Assembly (NCBI GenBank): GCA_016218825.1
Contig: JACRCV010000056.1
Span: forward strand, 160,416 to 224,415
Length of the DNA stretch: 64,000 nt
Source of the DNA: Deltaproteobacteria bacterium
GTDB taxonomy: Bacteria > Myxococcota > XYA12-FULL-58-9
Reading direction: 5' to 3'
Within the stretch, counting starts at the first letter, position 1, and every line of letters starts with the position of its first letter. This document shows positions 56,620 through 64,000 of the stretch, piece by piece. The notes beneath the pieces were generated by a model. It made no database searches, was not told the origin of the DNA, and worked only from the letters and a program-made list of their open reading frames with translations. The position numbers were made by a program, and so were the translations under genes.

Positions 56620-58611
56620 ATGGCCCATGTCCGATACCAACTGAGTGCCCTCCTGATTTTGCTGAATCTCTACGCCTGCGTCCTGGTGACGCCCGACCAG
56701 GTGCAGCCCGGGCCAACCCCGGACGCGCCGACCGTCATCATCTTGAAGAGCAGCGACAACAGCCTGTTCGACGGACCGGTCAAGGAGTTCCTCGGCGCGA
56801 CCGCGGCGCAGGTGGTCGTGTTCACCGTGGCGGCGGCGCCGAAGGACGAGCTGGTCACCGAGATCCGGTTCCGCAAGCCGGCGTTGCTCTTCACCCTCGG
56901 CACGCCCGCGACCCTGCTCGCCAAGGAGAACTTCCCCGACGTCCCGGTCATCTTCGCGATGGTCGTCGACCACTCGCGCTTGAAGCTCGACGCCGCGAAG
57001 AACGTCGCCGGCATCTCCCTCGAACCGCCGGCCACCAGCGAGTTCACCCAGTTCAAGATGGTGTTGCCCGAGGTGAAGCGGGTGGTCGCGTTCCACACCC
57101 CGAGCTCGGCGCAGATGGCGACCACCGCGAAGGAGCAGCTCACCGGCATGGGCATCGAGCTGGTCGCGGTCGCGGTCGCGTCCCCGGCCGAGGTCGGCCG
57201 CGCCTACACCGACAACGTCAAGCCCGGCGACACGGTGTGGCAGCTCAACGATCCGGTGCTGACCACCCAGGAGACCTTTGAATACCTGAAGAACCAGACC
57301 AAGGCGTCGCGGCTGCCGTTCCTGTCGTCGCTCTCCGAAGACTTCGCCGCCGCCGGGGCGCTGATGGCGGTCTCGGTCGATCTGACCTCGCTCGGCGCCC
57401 AGGCCGCCGACATGGCGCGCCGGCTCCTCGACAAGTCGAAGGCCCCGGCCGATCTCGGGGTGCAGCCGCCGATCGGCGCCTACCTGGCGCTCAACCTCGA
57501 CGTCGCCCAGGACATCGGCCTGCACATCGACGACACCGCGCTGCAGTTCGTCAACAAGCTGCTCGCCAAGACCGCGCCGGTAGCAGTGGCCGCGGCGCCC
57601 GGAGAGAAGCCGGCGGAGATCGCCGCGGTGGCGGAGGTCAAGCCCGAGGAGAAGCCCGCCGAGGTCAAGCCCGCGGAGGTCAAGCCGGAAGAGAAGCCGG
57701 CCGAGGAGAAGCCGGCCGAGGTCAAGCCCGAGGAGAAGCCGACGAAGGGCAAGAAGAAGGGCAAGAAGGGCAAGGAGGTCGCCGCCAAGGTCGAGGAGAA
57801 GCCGGCGGAGACCAAGGTGGTCGAGGCCAAGCCGGAGCCCAAGCCGGAGCCCAAGCCGGAGCCCAAGCCGGAGCCGCGGAAGGCCCGCAAGGGCGGCGGG
57901 GTCGTGGCGTTCTACGATCCGGACGCCAACCTGCGCGAGATTCTGAAAATCACCGCGTGGTTCACCGACTTCCTGCACACCATCGATCCGGAGCTCAAGC
58001 TGCAGCCGGTGTCCAACGCCGCGGCGCTCGAGAACCTGGTGTCGAATCAGAAGGTGGAGTTCGCGGTGGTCTCGGCGAAGTACTTGAGCGGCAAGTCGAA
58101 GAAGCTCAAGCTCACGCCGCTGCTCGTGCCGTCGGCGAACGGCGACACCTTCTACCGCACCATCCTCGTGGTGGCTGACGAGAAGCGGGGCAAGAACCTC
58201 GCGGGCGCCAGCATCGGCGCCACCGTGGTCGGCGGCGACACCGCCTCGGTCCTGAAGATCCTCGGCGGCGCCGGCATCAACACCAAGGGCGCGATGATCA
58301 TCCCGGTCTCCAAGGACATCGACGCGCTGATGGCGCTGACGATGGGACAGGTGGACGCGGCGCTGGTGACGCCCTCCAGCCTCGACGTCTTGAAGACCAT
58401 CAACCCGGCGGCGGTCGCGTCGCTGAAGAAGGCCGCCGAGACTCAGCCGGTGCTGCGGGCGCCGTTCTGCGCCGTCGGCGAGAAGGGCAGCGACGTCGGT
58501 GACGTCACCCGCGCGATGCAAGCCATGGCCTCGCACGCGGCCGGGCGCCGCGCGATGAAGACCCTCGGCTTCGACAAGTGGGTGCCGTACAGCCCGGCGA
58601 TGTCGAAGTAG
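56620..58611 (+). CDS. Lipoprotein with two solute-binding domains (ABC_sub_bind-like + PhnD-like) joined by a Lys/Pro/Glu linker
   Basis: Lipobox LYAC; PVIFAMV, NVAGISL, GALMAV, GAQAA, LNLDVA; linker; C-domain with YRTILVV and GQVDAALV. Confidence 0.75.
   Translation: MAHVRYQLSALLILLNLYACVLVTPDQVQPGPTPDAPTVIILKSSDNSLFDGPVKEFLGATAAQVVVFTVAAAPKDELVTEIRFRKPALLFTLGTPATLLAKENFPDVPVIFAMVVDHSRLKLDAAKNVAGISLEPPATSEFTQFKMVLPEVKRVVAFHTPSSAQMATTAKEQLTGMGIELVAVAVASPAEVGRAYTDNVKPGDTVWQLNDPVLTTQETFEYLKNQTKASRLPFLSSLSEDFAAAGALMAVSVDLTSLGAQAADMARRLLDKSKAPADLGVQPPIGAYLALNLDVAQDIGLHIDDTALQFVNKLLAKTAPVAVAAAPGEKPAEIAAVAEVKPEEKPAEVKPAEVKPEEKPAEEKPAEVKPEEKPTKGKKKGKKGKEVAAKVEEKPAETKVVEAKPEPKPEPKPEPKPEPRKARKGGGVVAFYDPDANLREILKITAWFTDFLHTIDPELKLQPVSNAAALENLVSNQKVEFAVVSAKYLSGKSKKLKLTPLLVPSANGDTFYRTILVVADEKRGKNLAGASIGATVVGGDTASVLKILGGAGINTKGAMIIPVSKDIDALMALTMGQVDAALVTPSSLDVLKTINPAAVASLKKAAETQPVLRAPFCAVGEKGSDVGDVTRAMQAMASHAAGRRAMKTLGFDKWVPYSPAMSK
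57604..57876 (+). repeat. Coding tandem repeats: 15-nt (EVKPA/EEKPA) units and four 12-nt AAGCCGGAGCCS units (57829-57876)
   Basis: Read directly: aagccggagccc x3 plus aagccggagccg; repeated gaggtcaagccc / gagaagccggcc. Confidence 0.85.
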
Positions 58612-58647
58612 CTCGAGGCGCGACGTGAATCCGCAGAGGAAACGGTT

Positions 58648-60342
58648 ATGAGCCTTCGCACCCAGATCCTGGTCCTGTTGGTGGTCCTGGTCGCCGCCGG
58701 CGTCGCGTTGACCGGCGGCACGTTGGTGACATGGTTCCGGACCGATCTCAACAACGAGATCGAGGCGACGGCGAGGACGCTGCGCGAGGAGTTGGTCGCC
58801 AAGGGCACCGCGGTCGCGCTCAACGCCGCGCTCGCCTCCGAGGCGGCGATCGAAGGCACCGACTTCGTCTTCCTCACCGAGATCCTGAGCTCGACGGTCA
58901 CGAACGATCCGGAGATCGCGTACGCCTTCATCGCCAACAAGACCGGCCGCATCGCGGTGCACTCGGATCCCGCGAAGGCCGGCTCGAACGCCGAGGGCGG
59001 GCTGCAGAAAGAGGCGTTGGCGAAGAACAAGACCATCAGCGGCGCGGCGCAAATCAACGGCCAGCCCGGCCTCGAGGTCGCGGCGCCGGTGAACGTCGGT
59101 GGCTTCCCCTGGGGGACCCTGCACCTCGGTATTCAGCTCAAGGCGTTGAATCAGGCGATCGAGACCGCGACCGTCGCCACCCGCGCCCGCGTGGTTCGCG
59201 GCACCACCGCGGTCGGCATCGCGGCGCTCGTGGTGCTGGTGGCGGTGCTGGTCGTCGGCGTGTTTCTCTCCAAGCGCACGACGCGGCCGCTCGGCGTCCT
59301 TCTGGCCGGCATCGCGAAGATCCGCGCCGGCAGCCTCGAGCACGTGGTGCGCCTGGGCGGCAGCCGGGAGTTCGTGGCGCTCGGCATGGCGGTCAACGAG
59401 CTCTCCAACGAGCTCCGGGTGCGCACCAAGAAGGTGCAGCAGAACGTCACCAAGCTGCACGAGGCCTTGAGCGGCCTGAAGACCGCGACCCGCCAGCGTG
59501 AGGAGTTTCTGGCCAACGTCTCCCACGAGCTACGAACGCCGTTGAACGCCATCCTCGCGGTGCCGCATCACCTGGTCGAGGATTTCCAGCAGGGGCCGGT
59601 GTTGCACTGCAAGAAGTGCGACAACTACTTCCAGACCGATCGTGCCGAGGCCTCCGGCACCCAGCTGTGCCCTGACTGCAAGGTGCCGGTCGCGACCGAG
59701 ATCCGGTTGTTGTTCGTCGGCAACGCCAACGACCACGTCCACTTCATCCAGCGGCTGAAGACCTCGACCGCGACGATGCGCACCATCGTTCGCTCGCTCG
59801 TGGACTTCTCGAGGCTCGGCGGCCAGGGGGCGCAGCTGCAGCGCAAGAAGGTCGACGTCCGCACGCTGATCGACACGGTGCGCGGCGCGATCGTCGATCT
59901 GGCGAAGCCGGCCGACATCCGCACCTACTTCCCGAAGCTCGTCCTGCCGCTGGTGCTGGACGTCGACGACACGATGTTGTCGCAGATCCTCTTGAACCTC
60001 CTCGGCAACGCGGTGAAGTTCACGCCGGCGGGCGGCGCGGTGAGCTTCGAGGTGGAGCCCAAGGTCGACCAGGGCCGCAAGGTCGTCGAGTTCCGGGTGA
60101 CCGACACCGGCGTCGGCTTGGAGAAGAACCAGCTCGAGGCGGTGTTCAAAGACTTCTATCAGGTGGACAGCGGCCACACCCGCGCCAAGGGCGGCACCGG
60201 CTTGGGGCTCTCGATCGCCAAGCGCATGGTCGAGCTGCACGGCGGACGGATCTGGGCCGACAGCGCCGGCCTGAACCAGGGGACGACGTTTGCCTTTCGT
60301 CTGCCGGCCGAGGCCGGCGGCTCGACAGCGAGTGGATCATGA
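58648..60342 (+). CDS. Membrane sensor histidine kinase (periplasmic Cache-like, HAMP, DHp with CxxC-CxxC insert, HATPase)
   Basis: Two TM; FLANVSHELRTPLNAI; CKKC-x16-CPDC; NLLGNAVKFT, DTGVG, GGTGLGL. Confidence 0.9.
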   Translation: MSLRTQILVLLVVLVAAGVALTGGTLVTWFRTDLNNEIEATARTLREELVAKGTAVALNAALASEAAIEGTDFVFLTEILSSTVTNDPEIAYAFIANKTGRIAVHSDPAKAGSNAEGGLQKEALAKNKTISGAAQINGQPGLEVAAPVNVGGFPWGTLHLGIQLKALNQAIETATVATRARVVRGTTAVGIAALVVLVAVLVVGVFLSKRTTRPLGVLLAGIAKIRAGSLEHVVRLGGSREFVALGMAVNELSNELRVRTKKVQQNVTKLHEALSGLKTATRQREEFLANVSHELRTPLNAILAVPHHLVEDFQQGPVLHCKKCDNYFQTDRAEASGTQLCPDCKVPVATEIRLLFVGNANDHVHFIQRLKTSTATMRTIVRSLVDFSRLGGQGAQLQRKKVDVRTLIDTVRGAIVDLAKPADIRTYFPKLVLPLVLDVDDTMLSQILLNLLGNAVKFTPAGGAVSFEVEPKVDQGRKVVEFRVTDTGVGLEKNQLEAVFKDFYQVDSGHTRAKGGTGLGLSIAKRMVELHGGRIWADSAGLNQGTTFAFRLPAEAGGSTASGS

Positions 60343-62045
60343 AACGGGCGCGCAGGCAGTTCCGACTCGGGTTGCGCGGGCGATTGGGCCTGACGATCTT
60401 CGTCTTGGTGGGCGCGGCGGCGAGCCTCCTCACCCAGTACTTCGTCCGCATGCACACCGTGGCGCTGCGCGAGGTCGCGACCCAGCGCTCGAAGGCGGTG
60501 CGCCAGAGCCTCGAGGATCGCGCCGAAGCGCTGGCGCGAAATGGTGCGATCAGCTCGGCGCCGGCGGCGGTGATGATGGACTTCACGCTCTTGCAGCGCG
60601 CGGTGTCGGCGACGGTGCAGGCGGACTCCGACATCGCCTACGGTCTGATCACCGACGGCCAGAACAAGATCGTGGTCCACAGCGACAAGAAGAAGGTCGG
60701 GCAGACCGCGGCGGCGGCCGACGCCAAAGGCGGCAAGGGCGACCAACCGGTGGTGCGGGAGCTGAAGGTGGACGGCAAGGGCGTCGTCGAGGTCAGCGCC
60801 CCGATCAAGGTCGGCGACGAGCGCTGGGGGACGGTGCGCTACGGGCTGTCGTTGCTGTCGGTGGACCAGCAGCTCGCGGCCACCGAGAAGCACCTGCGCG
60901 CGGTGCGCGCCAAGACCACGCGCTACAGCCTGTTCGCGACCTTGGTGGTGATGTTCATCGCGCTCGTGGTCACCACGATCACCACCAACCGGATGACGCG
61001 CACCGTGCGGGTGCTCGAGGAGGGCATGCGCGCGGTGCTCGCCGGGCGCCGCGAGACCCGGGTGAAGATCACCAAGCCGGTGGAGATCAAGCAGCTCGCC
61101 GAAGGCTTCGGGGCGATGCTCGAGACCATCGAGGAGCGGGACAAGGCGCTGCTCGCGGACGAAGTTCGGGCCGACGTCGCGGTCGAGCAGGCCAAGAGGA
61201 CCGACAAGACCAAGGAGAACCTGGTCTCGCGCTTCACCCAGGACATGCTGCAGCCCATCGATCAGATCGCCAAGCTCTCCGAGGCGATGCAGAAGGCGTT
61301 CACGGCGACCAACGCCCTGGTGTGCCCGAAGTGCCAGGAGAGCTACGAGGCGCCGCCGCCGGGACAGCCGGTCGGCAATTGTCCGACCTGCAAGGTGGCG
61401 CTCGCGCCCTCCGAGGTCGTGGTGCTCACCGACGACCCCGGTGCGCAACGCGGCCGCCTGCAGGAGGTGACCGGCGTCGCCACCAACCTCCTGGCGCTCA
61501 TCAACGGCGTCCTCGATCTGGCCAAGGTCGACGCGCAGAGCAAGCAACTGGAGGGGAGCGCCCCGGTGAAGCTCGCCGACCTCGCGGTCGGGGCCAAGAA
61601 GTACGTCGACGGCGTCTGCGACGACGCCGAGCGGGTGTTCTGGCCGATGCTCACCCAGCCGCTGAGCGTCGAGGGTGACGCCGCCCGCCTGCAGCAGGCG
61701 TTCGGGATGGTCGCCGAGCTCGTGGTGCGCCTGACGGCCCGCGGCCGCGGCACGGTGCGGGTCGAGGTCGACACCTGTGCGTTCCGCGGTGCTCCCGGCG
61801 TGCAGATCGTCTTCCGCGAGGAGGGCCCCGGGCTCACCCCGGAGGTGCTGGAGTCGATCGACGGCGGCCGGACGCCCGACATTCGCGCGACGATGGCGGT
61901 GCTCTTGGTCCGCCAGGTGACCGAGCTCCATCACGGCGAGTTCTCGCTGCAGAGCGAGGTCGGGCGGGGCATGAGCGCGCGTCTGGTGTTGCCGCAGCGG
62001 CAGCAGACGACAGGTGCCGCCCGAGCCGCGAGCGCGCCCGCGTAG
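60339..62045 (+). CDS. Degenerate (pseudo) histidine kinase, paralogue of the upstream kinase, with the same CxxC-CxxC insert
   Basis: ATGA overlap; same sensor motifs (IAY..I..VHSD, EV.AP..VG...WGT); H-box reads FTQDMLQP; CPKC-x15-CPTC; N and G2 boxes absent. Confidence 0.85.
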   Translation: MKRARRQFRLGLRGRLGLTIFVLVGAAASLLTQYFVRMHTVALREVATQRSKAVRQSLEDRAEALARNGAISSAPAAVMMDFTLLQRAVSATVQADSDIAYGLITDGQNKIVVHSDKKKVGQTAAAADAKGGKGDQPVVRELKVDGKGVVEVSAPIKVGDERWGTVRYGLSLLSVDQQLAATEKHLRAVRAKTTRYSLFATLVVMFIALVVTTITTNRMTRTVRVLEEGMRAVLAGRRETRVKITKPVEIKQLAEGFGAMLETIEERDKALLADEVRADVAVEQAKRTDKTKENLVSRFTQDMLQPIDQIAKLSEAMQKAFTATNALVCPKCQESYEAPPPGQPVGNCPTCKVALAPSEVVVLTDDPGAQRGRLQEVTGVATNLLALINGVLDLAKVDAQSKQLEGSAPVKLADLAVGAKKYVDGVCDDAERVFWPMLTQPLSVEGDAARLQQAFGMVAELVVRLTARGRGTVRVEVDTCAFRGAPGVQIVFREEGPGLTPEVLESIDGGRTPDIRATMAVLLVRQVTELHHGEFSLQSEVGRGMSARLVLPQRQQTTGAARAASAPA

Positions 62046-62074
62046 CCTGGCGCCGCCCTAACGGCGGCCGGAGC

Positions 62075-63370
62075 TCACCCCGTCGGTCCGGAGGGCAGCT
62101 GCCCGGGTACGAGGGCGGGGATCTCGACCGTGAACATCGTGCCTTTGCCCTCGTGGCTCTCGCAGCGGATCGTGCCGCCCAGCATGTTCGTGACCACGTT
62201 GTGGATCACCGCGAGCCCGAGGCCGGTGGCGCCCCGATCGCGCTGCGAGGTCACGAACGGCTCGAAGATGCGCGGCCGGACCTCGGCGGGGACGCCGCGG
62301 CCGTAGTCCTCGATTTCGATGCGGTAGCGCTTAGTGCCGTTGTGGTCAGCGGCCGAGAGGCGGAGATCGAGGCTGCCGCCACCCTGCTCGGTGTAGGCGT
62401 GGCGGATGCTGTTCTGGATCAGCGCCTCGATGATCTGCTCGAAGGAGTCGGGGTGGCCGCGCCACGGAAAGGCCTGGGTGCCGTTGGTCTGCACCCGCAC
62501 CGCGATCTTCGCGGTCGCCAGCGCCGGCCCAAGCGCGTGGATGGAGCTCTGCACCAGCTCCACCAGGTCGCAGTCGATCGGATCCGCGACCATGTCGAAC
62601 GCCGCCAACCCCTTGAACTCCTGCACCACCTGCTCGGCCCGAGACAGGGAGCGCAACAACAGCGCGCAGGAGTCGAGGAGATCCTCGCGCACCTCCCCGG
62701 CCATCGGCTCGACGCTATCGGCGGCCACTTGTTTGATCGCGGTTCGCACCACGGCGCAGGCCGACTTGGCGACGCCGAGCGGGGTGTTGAGGGCGTGCGC
62801 GACGCCGGCGACGGTGCGTGCCAGGCTGTGGATGCGCTCGCGGTACATCGCCTCCCGCATGCTGCGCTCCTTCGCCAGGTGCGCTTGGTTCTCCTGGAGC
62901 TCGCGGTTCGAGCGCTGCAGATCGGCCAGCAGCCGGTCGTGCTCTTGGCCGAGCTCATAGCGCTCCAGCGCCTGGCGCAGGATCGAGCGCAGCTCGTCGA
63001 TCTTGAAGGGCTTGACGATATAACGGTAGACCTCGCCGCGGTTGACGGCGTCGATCAGATCCCCGAGCTCGGTGTGCGCGCTCAGCACCAGGCGCATCGT
63101 CTGCGGACTGCGCTCCTTCAGGAGGGCGAGGAACTGGATGCCGCTCATCCCGGGCATGCGTTGGTCGACCAACGCCAGATCCACCTGCCGCCCGGCTTCG
63201 ATGGCGGCGAGCGCCGCCTCGCCGCTGGCAAAGAGCGCGCAGTCGTACTCGGGTTGCAGGATCCGCGAGAGGAGCTCGAGGTTCTCGGGCTCGTCGTCGA
63301 TCACCACCACCCGGTGCCGGCCGTGGCTCTGGCTCACCGGTGTCGGGCCCTCGGGCATCCAGCGCTCCAT
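62075..63370 (-). CDS. Hybrid receiver-histidine kinase with atypical H-box (HALNT)
   Basis: VIDDE, VDQRMP, VKPF; VAHALNTPLG, QNSIRH, DYGRGV, ATGLGL; start uncertain (63370 or 63358). Confidence 0.85.
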   Translation of the reverse strand: MERWMPEGPTPVSQSHGRHRVVVIDDEPENLELLSRILQPEYDCALFASGEAALAAIEAGRQVDLALVDQRMPGMSGIQFLALLKERSPQTMRLVLSAHTELGDLIDAVNRGEVYRYIVKPFKIDELRSILRQALERYELGQEHDRLLADLQRSNRELQENQAHLAKERSMREAMYRERIHSLARTVAGVAHALNTPLGVAKSACAVVRTAIKQVAADSVEPMAGEVREDLLDSCALLLRSLSRAEQVVQEFKGLAAFDMVADPIDCDLVELVQSSIHALGPALATAKIAVRVQTNGTQAFPWRGHPDSFEQIIEALIQNSIRHAYTEQGGGSLDLRLSAADHNGTKRYRIEIEDYGRGVPAEVRPRIFEPFVTSQRDRGATGLGLAVIHNVVTNMLGGTIRCESHEGKGTMFTVEIPALVPGQLPSGPTG

Positions 63371-63510
63371 TCTCGCGAGCTCAGTGCCGCTGTCGGCCGG
63401 GCGATCCGGCGGCATCGCGTCTCGCAGGTCGCGGACGGCCGCGACGTCAGCCGCCGGAGTAGCAGGGCTGAGGTCGGCATTGCAAGTCCCGGCGCGCGGT
63501 GCGGCACGAC

Positions 63511-64000
63511 CTACTTCTTCCTGCGAACGACGAACTGGACCTTGTCGCCGGGTCGGGCGGCGTCGCCGCGGTTGTCGATCACCAGACCGACGCGGGTGCC
63601 GCTGCCGGTCTCGGACGCGGTGGCCAGGCGGCAAGGGACGGCGCCCTCGAGCTCCTGCACCTCGCAGCCGACGACGGCGTTGGCGTCGACCGTGCCCGCC
63701 GGGACCACCGCCAAGAGCTGCGCGACGTCGGCGCCATCGACGAGCTTGGTGCCGCGCTTCACCGAGGCGCCGACCGCCTTGTGGACCTTGAGGATGCGCC
63801 CGGCCTCCTTGGCGCGCACCGTCCAGCCGCCGTCCTTGCGCTTCAGGGCGTCGAGCTCCTTCTTCGCCGCGAGGTAGAAGTCCTCGTAGTCCGGACTCTG
63901 CTTCGCCATCGCCTCGAGGGACTTCACCTTGCGCTCCGCCGCTTGACGGCGCTGTTGGCCCTTCGGATCTTCGCCGCTCAGCAACACCTCGCCTCGCTCC
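63511..64000 (-). CDS. 3' part of a membrane-fusion/HlyD-like (lipoyl-hybrid) domain protein, truncated by the window edge
   Basis: Frame open to the edge; helical hairpin followed by VRAKEAGRILKV..VGASVKRG and RPGDKVQF. Confidence 0.5.
   Translation of the reverse strand, partial: ERGEVLLSGEDPKGQQRRQAAERKVKSLEAMAKQSPDYEDFYLAAKKELDALKRKDGGWTVRAKEAGRILKVHKAVGASVKRGTKLVDGADVAQLLAVVPAGTVDANAVVGCEVQELEGAVPCRLATASETGSGTRVGLVIDNRGDAARPGDKVQFVVRRKK

Noticed and set aside
57604-57876. Repeats as a possible CRISPR array
   Set aside because: In-frame coding repeats without unique spacers; no cas genes in the window.

Overview
A 64-kb, very GC-rich, gene-dense bacterial window, most likely Myxococcota (two MYXO-CTERM-like sorting tails, Hanks kinases, a Myxococcus-type LexA box). 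I support about 49 CDS and see no rRNA, tRNA, CRISPR array or transposase. Blocks: (1) S8 protease / HmuY / metalloprotease surface cluster; (2) a DNA-damage cluster, mrfA-mrfB-histidine phosphatase-imuA-imuB, with two related LexA-box-like sites overlapping sigma70-like promoters; (3) lipase, a five-repeat lipoprotein and an N-lobe-less pseudokinase-TPR protein; (4) ferredoxin, Cys-rich rubrerythrin-like protein, fused NfnAB, bfr-bfd; (5) megL-cysE-8-oxoguanine deaminase-XdhD-like purine/sulfur operon; (6) hydrolases and transporters; (7) a signalling-rich region (38-64 kb) interrupted by a sulfite-oxidase-family/cytochrome c-beta-propeller pair. The best candidate for an undescribed system is at 56.6-62.0 kb: a double solute-binding lipoprotein plus two translationally coupled membrane histidine-kinase paralogues. 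Both carry a CxxC-CxxC ribbon inserted in the DHp helical hairpin; one looks active and the other has lost its His and ATP-binding boxes. Other highlights are a STAS/Zn-ribbon Ser/Thr kinase interrupted by a single in-frame TAG, and a hybrid kinase with a natural H+1 Glu-to-Ala change. All calls come from motif reading by eye; no database search was run.
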